The notes under the pieces are model-generated. The model saw only the letters and a list, made by a program, of their open reading frames with translations. It searched no databases and was not told the DNA's origin. DNA of 64,000 bases, from the NCBI GenBank assembly GCA_000165425.1, contig CT868026.1, positions 62,001 to 126,000 on the forward strand, written 5' to 3'. The stretch is from Paramecium tetraurelia. Lineage: Eukaryota. Of the stretch, positions 1 through 13,400 are shown in pieces (position 1 is the first letter of the stretch; each line of letters begins with the position of its first letter). The position numbers were made by a program, and so were the translations under genes.

Positions 1-894
1 AATTCTGATGTTTAGCGTGAACACTAACTTTAGAAGTAATTAAAACTTTAATACAATTAATTCTAAGATTAAAAGAAAGAATAGATTATTTGAATAATTG
101 AGTAAGACTGATTTGAGTAAATAAATTGATTTATTTAATTATTAAAATCTAAATTCAATATTAATATAGAAATTTTAAGATTTTTTTACATAAACTCAAC
201 TTAAGTGACAGGAATATTGGTGTTCTAGTGAATACTTAAAGTAATTGAAATAATGGAATGTTGAGCGCAAAGTGAAAGAAAAGCTGAAAAGTTAGCTTGT
301 AGAAATCTTTATTTAAGATAATCAATTTTTGCAAAGCACTTAGTATTTTCTTTAAATTTGAATAATTCATTTTGAAATATTTAAGAAATTAGCAAGTAAG
401 CCTATAATGGAATATTTTTGAAATTCGTTTATGGTTACTTAAATTTGATAAAAATCGAACTTGACACTATATTTAATCAAAAATATGGATTCAAAAGTTT
501 GTGAAAGAGTAAGAAAATTTCTTTATTTATTAAATAATAATATATATTAATAATAACAAATCCATATAGACTTTTCTCATACAAGGAGTGATTTTAGAAT
601 TAGAACGCCATGAATCCAAAGTATTGAAATTATCAGAAATTTGAATCAGAAAAGAAAATCAAAAATATTTATTAAATTCATAAGTTCGCCAAAAATTTTG
701 ATTGGTTACTTTAACATCGGTTATTGTAATAATAAAAAGCTCGAAAATCTGTAAACAATAGAAGATATTATTGGGGATTCTTATTAATAATTATCAAAAT
801 ATGAATAAATTCGAGGATTGATTTTTCTTTATAAATTAAAATCAGCCAAGTCTTATCTAATAATTTTTATTATTTTTCAATTTGGAAATCTTAT

Positions 895-1225
895 ATGAAA
901 CAAAGTACTTAATCTATTCTCAAGTTACGCCCCTACAAGAAAGTGCCTCAAGATAAAAAAAAGCAACTAGTTGAACTGGTATTTTAGAAAGATTGGAAAA
1001 TTAAAAAGGTCTCTATTTATTATTTAGCAATAGGCTTCACTCTACCTCCATATCAATTACGCTACTGCTAAGAACGTCGTTCTGAAATATAGAAAGTTTT
1101 CCATTCAAAAAAAAACCTCAAAGCTTCCAGAATCCAAGAGATGCTAGTACAAACTAATTGGATTATCCAAATCAAGAATCTAAGTTATAAGTAGTAAGGG
1201 AGGAATACAATAAGGGGATGTATGA
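895..1225 (+). CDS. Small helix-turn-helix (homeodomain-like) protein, ~101 aa, 1 intron (1009-1033)
   Basis: Code-6 translation MKQSTQSILKLRPYKKVPQDKKKQLVELVFQKDWKIKK|ASLYLHINYATAKNVVLKYRK...VISSKGG. Removing the 25-nt GT..AG intron restores the frame; TGA at 1223-1225. A paralogue lies at 9309-9662. Confidence 0.75.
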
Positions 1226-2007
1226 TTTCAATATTTTATATATATATATATAAATTATAAATGGATCTCTATTTGCAGAATCTTTGTTGACACCTTCAAT
1301 ATTATAACATACCTAATTGAAATGACAAATTCACTCTTAAATTAAAAACCTAAGCTAAAGTAGTTACCGTAACTTCTCATTATAACTGAATATCTAATAT
1401 GTAGAAACAATTTAGCCAGAAAAAGTTGTATATTCTCCTTAGGAAGATTAGCAATGTAAATAGCTATTTATGCTATTTAAATTGCTCCATATTAACTTTT
1501 TCTATTTTATAAATCATCATATTAATAAAATAGAAAAACTACATTGTTTATTCTTTAATTATAAATACGATTTAGATTAATTTGAAATAATCGTATTCTA
1601 TTTTTAGATCAAATTCAAAAATAATAAGCCATTCATCTCGATCAATAAATGATTTAATACTGATATTGATGATGTCCATTATAACTAACATTTTAATACT
1701 ATATCTTTAGTGTATTTGAGTTAATCTAATTTGTCCTTACATAGATCATATTGAAATCACTCCAATGATAAAATATATTGATTTGCTTTTTTGGTATTTA
1801 AGAATCATAGTTTATTACTTTATATTTTAGTAATTTTCTTTGAATTGAATATTTCAAAATAGCAAATTTCGATTATTAATTTAAGATTAGGAGAATTTCC
1901 AAATGTAAAGGGAATTTTAGGGATTAAAACAATTTCTATATTGTACAAATAAAGAGTGAAATTCGACATATGGATTCCTGATTTTATAGAATAAAATTAA
2001 ATTAAGA

Positions 2008-5000
2008 ATGGAGAATGAATAAACTAAGAATCGCTCATTTGTGAATTAATGCAAAATTGTTTTCCAGAAGAACTTTTTGCTTTACTTGAGGGAGAAATAA
2101 GTTTATGGAGATTTCTTCCCTCCATTTATTTGTTTCATCCTATTATACTCAGCAAGTATTATATTGTAGGATAATAAGAATCTAGTAGTGAGATTGCAGT
2201 TTCATAAACTAGTGCTTAATTTTTGCCAATGAGTTTGTTATTACTGACTCGAAATGTGATAACTGCGATGATAAGTGAAAAATCAGAGAGATAAAAAGAA
2301 ACTTAAAAAGTAAATATCATTATGTAGAAATATAGATTATGGGTTTGAAACCTAATTCGTACTCATTTGGATGGATCTTAACTAACTACGTTAGATTATT
2401 CGCGGTGTCATTCTTTTTCTTGATTTTGGTTGTACCAACAGGAGTAATGAAAACTAATGAGATTAACCAAAATTCTCTGACGATGAGTGAAACCATAATA
2501 GGGTTTGGAATGTATGGGTTGGCTCAATTGCAATTGTGCTATTTGATTGCTGCCATCTTCGAGACCCCTAAAACAGGCGCAGATTTAGCAGTGGTTATAA
2601 ATGTGTTTGGGTCGATTGGAAGTCAACTTTTGACGATAGAATACATATAATAGTATGAATTTATTTAAATTCCAGACATTCGTATGTGGTTTATATCCTG
2701 AGCTTGATTCCCTCATTTTGTTATAATGTATATCCATATGTATCAATTACTGGTGTTGTTGAGTTTGATTTTGGAAAAAGAGAGTATTTTGGAGTACTTC
2801 TATTTGATATCCTATTCTATGGAATACTAGCGTAATATTTAGATTAAGTTGTACCTAATGAATATGGGACAAATAAGCATCCATTGTTTTTTTTAGGAGT
2901 AAAGAATGAAAATTAAATGAAGAAGAAAAATCATGTTGAACACACTTATGTTGAGCCCTTAAATGAGGAGATGTAAGATGGCTAAGATGAAAGCTCTGCT
3001 ATTTTCCACGAACAACTGAAGAATCGCATAGTAAGCAATATATCTCTATATATAGTAAAAAGCTGTGTAAATAGAGGATTTAAAAAGATATTTCGGAGAT
3101 ACAAAGGCAGTCGATGGATTGACTCTCTCCATATATGAATCCTAAATTCTCTGTTTGTTGGGACACAATGGAGCTGGGAAGACAACTGCAATTTCTTTGT
3201 TGACAGGTCTAATCAAGAAGGATTATGGATAAATTAAATATTATGGAATTTCAACTGATGAAGATTTGGATGGCATTAGAAGCTTTTTAGGAATTTGTCC
3301 CTAGAAGGATGTCTTGTATAATAAAATGACTGTGGTTGAACACTTGACCTATTATGGCAGGATCAAAGGACTTGATGGTTAGACTTTAGAGAATCAAATT
3401 GAAGAAGTTATAGAAAAGTGTGCATTGGCATCAGAGAAAACAAAACAGGCGAGTTAATTATCAGGTGGAAATAAAAGGAAATTGTGTTTGGCTATGGCTT
3501 TGATTGGTGGATCTAAAGTGATCTTCTTGGATGAACCTACTTCAGGAATGGATCCAGTCACAAGAAGGAAAATATGGAATATTCTATTGCAAATGAAAAA
3601 TGAAGGGAAATGTTTAATCCTGACAACACATCATTTGGATGAGGCTGAAGTGTTGTCTGAAAGAATTGCCATCATGGCCAAGGGAAAGTTGTTGACTGTG
3701 GGAAGTGTTGATTTTGTTAAGAAGAATTTTGGTATCGGTTATCATTTGAATATTTATAATTTAAAAAATTCACTAGAGATTTGGGAAGATAAAGTTGAGA
3801 AAATCAAGTCATTAATAATGAATTAAATAAAAGATGCTCGCTTAGAACCTTAAACAGCCAATTTGTGTGTAAGCTTCTCAGTTCCATTTGATAGCAAATC
3901 CAGCTTATTAAATATATTTGAAATTCTAGAGAATGATCAATCTATTTAAATCAATTTATTGATGAACACTTTAGAAGAAGCCTTCATCAATATTGGTATG
4001 GATGAGGAAGCATTCTTAAAAAAAGCTCAGATGAATGGATCAATTTAAATTAACAATTAATTTGAATAAGAGGTAAATCTTAATGATGAATTTGCAAAAA
4101 TCATCCCTCCTAATTGTCTTAAGAATGATCCCGTCTACTCATTCGCTTTGCAATTCAAAGCCTGTTTCCTAAGGAAATTATTTGGAATGAAGGGGAAAAG
4201 ATTGGCAGTTCAACTATTTTTTTCATCAATCTTTTGTGTCCTTGGTCCACTATTAGGTAGCCTGACTAAAAGCACTGTTAAACCAATTGATGACGAAGAT
4301 GATCTTAAATCGTACTATTTAAGAGAGTATATCATCTCATTTAGTATTTACCTTTGTGCTTTCATTGAACTTGTGATGGCTATGAGTATATCCAGCACTA
4401 GTATTGGTAGTGTGCCAGTTCAGGAAAGATAGCAAAAGCAAAAATATGCTCTTAATGTAATGGGATGTAGAATCGAACCTTACTGGATAGCTAATTTCGC
4501 ATTTGATAGTGGTGTGGCTACTATTCTGTTTCTAATTTACTCACTAACAACACTAGCACTATAAGTGGAATAACTTAACTACTTCGTTGTATATGCTTTG
4601 TTCTTCTTTTGCTTTTTAACCTATGTAGCCTTATCATACCTATTATCATGGCTATTTACAGAATTCCTGTCCTCTTTGAAATATATGATGTTACTGATGA
4701 TCTTTATATTTTATATGCCAGGCATGATCTGCTTCTTTTTGGTGAAGTAAACAATTTTCAAATGGACTCTTTGTTTCCTCTTACCAAGTGTTTCATTATT
4801 ATCAGGATTAACAGCAGTCTTGGATCTCAACTATAATCCCTCCATTATTGAAGTTCCTAGTTTCTTTATTGAATACCCATGGGTGTTTGTTTGCATACTT
4901 ATATTTCAAACCTTGCTCTACTTAGCATTGGCGATTCTTATAGATCATCGACAATTATTATCAGTAAATCAATAACCAATCATTGTCGAATCCAAAGATG

Positions 5001-6070
5001 GAGATGTCATCTAAGAAGCCAAAAGAGTTTAAAATGAATCCTGTTAAGATAGAGTCATCGCTAGGAGGATCTCAAAAGTATATGCTAATGGTTTCTAAGC
5101 ATTGAAAGGTACATCATTTGGAGTGGAATCCGGTTAGATATTTGGATTGTTAGGTCCCAATGGAGCAGGAAAGTCAACCACTTTTAATATGATAACCTGT
5201 AGACTCAAACCAACTACTGGAGAAATTAAACTAATGGGATAATTGATTGAAAAGGGTAAAGGAGAACTCTTTCAAAATGTCGGCATCTGTCCCTAATTCG
5301 ACAGCTTATTCGAATTGGTGACTGTCAAATAGCATCTGATCATTTGGGCATATTTGAAGGGTTTGAATGGAACCGATGCCATTTAATCAGTGGAATACTT
5401 TATGAAAGTTATGTAATTGGATGCATATGAGAATGTTCATTCAGATAAATTGAGTGGAGGAAACAAAAGAAAGTTATGTGTTGCATTAGCATTAATGGGT
5501 GGTACTAATATGCAATTCTTTGATGAACCTTCCTCTGGGGTTGATCCTATTGCAAGGAGATTCCTTTGGAATGCTATTTAAAATGGAGTCAAATTAAGGA
5601 ATGGTGCTGTTATTTTGACTACACATACCATGGATGAAGCTGAAAATTTATGTTCCAAAATTGCAATTCAAATCAATGGACAATTTTCTTGTCTTGGAAC
5701 ACCTTAACACTTAAAATAAAAATTTGGTGATGGATACAGAGTAAGTCTAGAATTGGAGGAAAATTTTTAAAGCTAGCAATTGATTTCCTTAATTAAATAA
5801 GAGTATCCCATGTGCGATATCTTAGAGGAAAATAACTATAAAGTTGTTGTTCAATTATAAAAATAAGGATTCTCCTTCTTTAAAGCATTTAGCTTCTTTT
5901 TAGAGGTTATCCAAAATTAACATAAATATATTAAAGATTTTTAACTAAATTAGGCAACATTAGAATCAGTATTCATGTACTTTGCAGGTTAACAAGAACA
6001 AATTGAATAAGATGAACTCAAAAAGAAAAAATGTGTGATTGCTTGTTGTGGTAATGATGAAGATGATTGA
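2008..6070 (+). CDS. Full-size ABCA-subfamily transporter (TMD-NBD-TMD-NBD), ~1321 aa, 4 introns
   Basis: Two NBDs: Walker [10 protein letters not shown] and GPNGAGKST, signature LSGGNKRKL twice, Walker [12 protein letters not shown] and [12 protein letters not shown]-loops [10 protein letters not shown] and [14 protein letters not shown] coupling motifs EKSERQKETQKIMGL and [14 protein letters not shown]. Spliced length is divisible by 3. Confidence 0.95.
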
Positions 6071-7067
6071 AATTTATATTTATGTGATTATTGATTGTTT
6101 TATATTTTAAATATGATTGTCAATTAACTACCAATTCAGTAATAATGTGTAAATACTTAATTACATATTTATATATTACCATTTTTTGTGAATTTATGTT
6201 AAATTTGATCTAATGATTCAATAAAGCATTGTATTGGAAATAGATAAAGGTAAATAAATTCCATAATAAATTAGAGTTTGTTTTAAAGTTTCAATATTTT
6301 AAGATTATTCCACTAAGGTTCCTCCATTTTATATTGCAGATATAGGAGAATTGAAATATATGCCTCTATTATGTAATAGTATCTAAATATCTGGAATTGT
6401 TAAGCTAGAATATTATTACAATTATGTAATGATTGGCTGGAGAATTAGATTAGTTTTATAAAAAATCTTGTTTTTTCGATATGCCATTCAAAAGAACTAA
6501 TTCTTAGCACTTTAGAAATTATTAAGTGAATGCTAAGGCTCTATATTAAACCAACTTAAATTCATTTAAGAAATTGAAATCATAACAATTAATTGATCAA
6601 AGCATTTTGTGACTTTTGAGGTGATAAAATTTTTAACTTTAAAATATCTTAAATATTAAGCTTTTAAGATATTATTCCATATACATTTAAAATTTCTTAT
6701 AATATTTCATAGGTTGATTTATTTCATATTCCATAAATAGTTTATATTATGAAAATACTTTTCTTATGATTTTATCTATAATATTCTCTTTTATTTTTTT
6801 GTACTTTTTTGATAGACATCTACCAAAACCCTATTATCTCCTTATTTGATAGATCATCCAACATTTTAATAAGAAATGCAATTAGTTCAATCAATTAAAA
6901 ATTCTTTAAGATAGTAGTTGTTCTAGGCAAATTAAAATTAATAATAACACAAATGGTAATTATAATACTTATCCCTTTTTAAGTGATAGATTTTAAAAGA
7001 ATATGTTAAAATAACTGGCTTGTATATTTAAATTAAACAATTATTATTTTTTATTATTTATTATCAA

Positions 7068-8399
7068 ATGAAAGAGATGAATATTTTTAGACCAAGAATT
7101 CCATCAGGTCATTAATTAAGACCTATCAATGAAAGTAAACAACTTAAAAACTAATTTTATAATTAGAGAACAACTGTTTATAGTACAAAAAATAAAGAAG
7201 ATGTTTACATTTAATCTAATAAAGGAAAATAAAAATAAGAATATAATCAAGGAAGCTAAACTAAATAATAAATTTTGAATAGGCTTTGCGACTTAGAATA
7301 ATTAACTTTTCGTAATATTAAAGAATAGGAAAAATTAAAACAACAAAAATATGATTCCCTTATTCTATCAAAGAATCAACTATTTTATTGTAAATCAGAA
7401 AGCTATGAGAAAATTGATGATAAAAGAATTAAAATTTAAGGCAAACGATATTTAACAGAGCTTGATATTAATTTCAACCCAAGATATTTAATTTAAGAAG
7501 GGAAATTTTCTGCAAATTTAAATACGAGAGACTTCAAATTTGAGGAAGGTAATGAATATTTAGGGAAATCTAATCAAATAAAACCTTAGGAGAAAATTGA
7601 AAATTAATTATAATAATAAAGTGAATAAAATAAAACTAAAACCTCACAATTTAGGGCTTAAAGTTTGGCACCATCAAGAATTATTATCAGAGAACAAGGA
7701 ATAATTGTTAATAATTACCGAAATTTATAAATTAAAAGAGTAAATAAAAAAGTTTGGTGTAAATATAATCAATAAATAAATGAAAGAGATGAAACAATAT
7801 TAAAATCAAAAAATTGGTTAACAAGTAGTATAATTGATAGTTTTGTGTTTTATCTCAATCTAGAAAGCGAAAATCAATATTTTAAAACAAGTTTAGACAA
7901 GCAAGAAGATATAAAGCGAATCTTATTTTTACCCACTACTTTAACCACATGTTTTGGAAAATCATATGATTTTAAAAAAGCATAAGATTTATTTTAATAA
8001 GAATTACTTTAATTTTAAGAAATGAATTTCGAAATAAAAAACTTTTATACAAAAGTAGGATTTCCTATAAATAAAAATAATTATCATTGGCAATTTATAT
8101 TATTTGATTATGAAAAGAACACTGTTGAACTTTTTGATTCCTCTAAATATCTATTTGATCAAAATCTGATTAAAACATTATAAAAATTATTAAATTTAGA
8201 AAATGCACAAGTAATAGAAAATACTGATTTTGGTGAATAAAATAATGGCTATGCATGTGGTTATTATGTTTGTACATTTATGCTTTATTTCTATTAACTT
8301 TAGTTTCCATCTTAATTTTAATGTCCTCAAAAAATTTATGATGAAGAGAATATTACTAAAAAATTAAAAGAGATTATTAAAAATATGGAACCTTAATGA
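7068..8399 (+). CDS. Ulp1/SENP-type (peptidase C48, clan CE) ubiquitin-like protease, 443 aa, intronless
   Basis: Uninterrupted code-6 ORF with WLTSSIIDSF, FPINKNNYHW (His), ELFDS (Asp) and EQNNGYACGYYVC (oxyanion Gln, catalytic Cys), after a long hydrophilic N-terminal half. Confidence 0.85.
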
Positions 8400-9308
8400 A
8401 AATTATTTATTTTAACTATTCTAATATTATAGCATTTGAGTTAATTTACAATATCTATATTTTAAATATCTATTAAAATCATAATTTTTTTGAATTTTTA
8501 ATTGTTCATTTTTGCTTAATTTAATAATATCAATTATTAAAAAAAATCTACTTTTACTTGTAAAGCATATTTTAAAGCTTGAACTATTAAATATTTATAT
8601 TAAATAAATTAATTATAAATAATAAATATAATAAAATATAAATTTTTGATAACGAGTGATTAATTGAATTAAACATTTTGGAAAAATATGTAACTTATTC
8701 GCAAAATTAATCTAAAGTTATTGACCACAATCTTCTATAAAGAAGATTTTAACATTTCATCATATATAATTAGTTCGAAGCATTAGATTTAAAAACTTAA
8801 TAAATATGTTTATTTTTATTCAATATATCGAGAATTATAAATTTTGATAAAATATCATAGAAAATTCTTCTGAAATCACACGGATAGGGCTTTGAGTAAT
8901 TTATTTGGGAATGAAAAATTTACTAAAATTACTGATAAATTATCAATGATTGCTGAGCTAAGATTTTCTGCAGAGTTGGTTGAAACATCAAGTTTATAGA
9001 TATTCACGTTTCTATTCTTCTTTTGTGTAAAAGAAATTAATTTTCATTTATTGAATAATATATTTCAAAAATAGTAATAAATGCAATTTAATTAAATGGG
9101 TGTATTTTCAATAACTTTAATAAAGTTTTGAGGATGGACAATAATTGAATTTGAAATCTTAAGAAGCTCAACTGGAAGTAATATACTTGAAGTGCTCATG
9201 AGATTGATACAATTATTTGATTTATCATATTCTGAAATGATGAAGAAATTTCCATTGAATTAGTCTTACATTTCTAGATAGTATTATATAATATTTATAA
9301 TATGAATC

Positions 9309-9662
9309 TCAAACTCCTTCTGTCTGAGAATATTCAAACGAGTTTTAAGAGACATCATCGCCTCCAACCCTTGTAATAATAGTAATCTTGCACTTTTTAA
9401 AATTTATAGAAACTATCTTGCATTCTTAGGGAGATTTAAATTCAAGTTTTTGTTTCATAACATTGTTTCTATGACATACGATGATAGTTTTGGCTGCCGC
9501 ATACTTGATATTCAATTGTTTGGCTGCCTAACGATATGGAATGAGATTAGAAATTACATGTTTTATTTTATATCCCATAAGGAATACCATATTCATAAGA
9601 GTCTTTTTTTTAATGTTTGAAACTTTTTAATAGGTTCTAGTTTATTGGGAATTTTATTTCAT
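9309..9662 (-). CDS. Small helix-turn-helix protein, ~107 aa, 1 intron (9528-9557); paralogue of 895-1225
   Basis: MKQNSQQTRTYQKVSNIKKKTLMNMVFLMGYKIKH|AAKQLNIKYAAAKTIIVCHR...IITRVGG. Intron position is the same as in the 895-1225 gene. Confidence 0.75.
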
Positions 9663-10482
9663 TTTATTAATAAAGGATTTGAAAAATTTAAATTTTTAGC
9701 TACTTTTAATGAGTTTATAATATTGAGTTGATTTTAAAATAAATGTGAATAGTTAAGGCTTATGCTATTCGAGAACAAGCCAAATTAATTTAATAAATAA
9801 TCTTGTGGTCTTATGTTTCAAAGGCTATTTCTAATCTATTACATAGAACATCTTTATTATACTATCTCTTCTATCCAGTAACAATAGCTGTCTTAAATAT
9901 GCTTCAAGTTTGAAATTTTTTAAACCTTTTCAAACTTCCATATTATTTATGATAATTTATATAGTAAGGAATGTGATAAGAAGACCTTTCATTAACAACA
10001 GGTTATTTTTAAATTTAATATATGTAATAATAAAATACAATATATAGAAAAGAGAAGTGAATTATATTGGCATCAGTTTTATTAGAAAAACAATATTGAA
10101 TAATCATATGGTTCTAAAAGTTGTAAAGTGAGACATTAGACATATAAATTAGTCTGTGGCTATTTTTAGATTTTGAACAAAAGTGAAAATTTAGATTAGG
10201 AGTAGAAAAAGAAAGAGATGTTGATGGGATTCGAATGAATATTTCAGTTTAGTTGAGGGTCGAATAAAACATGATATCAGATGGTGTTTTATCTGAATAT
10301 CTATTAAAATATAAATTTTTATATATTAATTTTAGGTTTTCTGTTTATGAGTTGATAATTAAAATATTGATTTTTAATCCCGCAATTATTAATTATACTT
10401 TTTTGTCAAGAAAATCTGTAAGAGTGAGAAATATTATATAATTTAAATTTAAATGAAAAATATCGTGGTTTCTTATTATATT

Positions 10483-13400
10483 TCAACTTCTAAACAATTT
10501 TTATGGCGTTCCAAAAAAGAAACGATTGGTTGTATTTTGAAATGGCAAATTTGTAAACAGTGCACAGATTGGATCTAAGAGTTTAGCTCGATATTATTCT
10601 TCCTTCAATAAGGCATGGTATTCATAAAATGAAATATACCCATCTTGGTTTTGATCTATCTTAACAAATAAATTGGAGCCCCATTCATTAATTTATTGTT
10701 CATAAATGATTTAGTTTTAAATATCCTAAAGTAAAATTTACTAATTACAAAAATTGTTTACAAATATTCACATAATTAATCCTTGCCGAACTTTCCTTCC
10801 TTATTTGCATACAACAAATAAGTAAACTTCATGATTATGGTTTCACTAAAACTGTATTATTTCATAAATCAAAGAAATTACCTCTATTGATAAAAGATAG
10901 AAACAAAGCAAATAAAATCCTAGAAGTCAATTGGATTCTTGAGTCCATTTCTTGCTAAAAAGGTGGCAATCTTATGTCCCAATAAGGGAGGAATCTTCAT
11001 ATCCTATAAATAATCCATAAAATTATCTTGAAGTATTTATCTATACTACTATTACAGATTATTTTTATCAAAGAATTGATTGATTGACTAGGTATTATAT
11101 TAAAAATACATCAAAAAGATTCTCTATATATGTATATGGGAGTTTAGTCAATTGAAATATTTATTGCAATTACTACCCTTTGTCTTTGGTATCTAAATGC
11201 TTACTTTGAATAAATACCTGAATTGTTCTCCAAAAACCACAACATCTGATTGTCTTGAATTTATTTGAATTAAATATAGGTAGACCCTTTGTTCAGGATT
11301 TCATAAATTTTCTTCATTGAATAATCTTCCATCTTTAATCTGAAGAGTTCTACAGCTATGACCTCCTGAGAGACCTTGACACTTCCAAATTGAGTTTCAA
11401 TGAATTAATCTGCAAGTTCCTTGAATTTCCTAAAGCACATTTCATCTATGATCGAAAAGTCATCATAAGGTATTTTGTTGGGGTGATTCTAATTAATTAC
11501 CAAGTACAGAAGAGGACCTGATGTCTACAGGCCTTATTCTACATGCTTTTCAAATTCTAATAAGGTAAGCTAGGTTTTCAACACTATCTTGCATCTGGAG
11601 GAGTTTTAATAGGTATTCAAATACACTGTGGTTACTACACAACCATCATAGGTGGCTTCAGTGCCAATTATTAATAGAGTATCATCAATTAATTCCTTTT
11701 TACTAGTTAAATACTCCTAAAACAAGGCAAGATCATTAACCATGTATTGTAAGAAGGAGATGAAATTATTGTGGAACACTTGATTATTCTTGATGAGGTC
11801 GTTCAATGACAAGGTCAAATGAGTGAGTTAAGTCACGATCTCACAAACTGACTGGTAAAGGGGTTTCAAGTATTTCTTTAAAATCAAAGGTTAATATTTA
11901 TCTATGTTCTCTAAGATCTTAACAAAGTATTGCTTAATCTCATTGATAGCTTATTGATTTGGAAGTATCTAATAGATGGTTTCTAAGGCTTGAAAGGATA
12001 ATTAAGGTTTTTGTCTCAACATTGGTTAAAAATGGAGATTAAAGGTGATGCAATACTCAGTAATTTCATTAATCACAAGATAATCATATTGGCAGTTAAC
12101 CATAACTTAATTATTCGAAGTAAAGACTTGGTTATTATCATTAAGTGCTTTTATGAGTAGTTTGAATAGCCATTGATCTGTGGATAGGATTTAGAAGGTA
12201 TTACTATCTTGGCTCATTAATCTTAAGATTGTGAGTATCTTATATTTGAAATATTTCTAGAAGTTGGCATCTACATTTTAAACGAATTGACTCTCAAGAA
12301 CAAAGAGGAAGGACTATAGATTGTTGGATTCTTACAGATATTTTAGGAGTAATCCTGAATTCTCAAGACAGAGGGTCTTAAAAAATAACTTTTTTGCCTT
12401 ATAACTAATTTATGGATTAGGATCTGTAATAAGTTACATTAAGATATTCAATAGATTATTGGATAGGAGGATATTTTAGGCAGTGAAATTTTGATAATTT
12501 AATTGATAAGGCAATTTGAATATCTTTTTAAGAGTGCTTAAGATTTGCAATTTGAATCTGTTATCTGTTGTTTAATTTTGTAATTATTAGAGTAGAGCAA
12601 TAAGAACGTCTTGGTGTATTTATGTAGCCAATAAAGGTTGAATGATGATGAGCATATTGATTTGAATTTGAATTCTGATTTGATTTTTTTCAATAGATTA
12701 AATTAATCCATATTGTTGATAGTAGTTGAGAATACTCTGGAGCCAAAGTAGGTTATCAGGTAAGGCATTCATTTAAGTCATAAATTTGCTTGCTTGATTA
12801 TTTTCATATCTTGAGAATAGACATCCAACGAACCAACTGTGATAAAATATCTTTTCGTCATCAGTTTATTAGATCTCTAGAATGGCTTATCTTTTGGTAA
12901 ACAATATTTATTGAAATGATTTGTCGTATAAAATTAAATGTCCTAGTAAGATGTAACCTTATTCAATGATGAGATCATTTTGTGTTTCTGAGATGATATT
13001 TAATATGGTATCTACCAATAGACTGCTTTGAATGGGGATGAGTATTTGGATGTCGTAGATGTGAATGGTGGCTGCAATTAAGGTGAGTGCTTGCATTCCC
13101 ATAATTTGATTTTAATCCTTTTCATCTATGGAGCCTTGATCTTTTTCATCATCAACCAAAAGCAATTTGAATAGGTGATTGCAATACCCATTATTGATGA
13201 TCTAGACGATCAATGAATTGACATAATCTATTTTGTTGATTTTCACATGGGGTAATCTTTATAATAACACACTTTTGAGAGATTAAATAATTTGTGCTGT
13301 CAAAATATTAAAGTCTTAAAAAAGAATGATGTCTTAATGAAGTTGGTTTAAGGAGGGTTCAAAAGAATCTCTGCAGATGAAATAGTATTTTTTGATTTAT

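Noticed and set aside
1237..1252. (TA)n runs here and near 17055 and 34500 as IES ends or regulatory elements
   Set aside because: Short microsatellites in AT-rich 3' regions; no paired IES consensus ends or interrupted ORFs support them.
895..9662. Intact composite transposon bounded by the two HTH genes
   Set aside because: No DDE catalytic domain, terminal inverted repeats or target-site duplication were seen, and the two genes are too diverged to be element ends.
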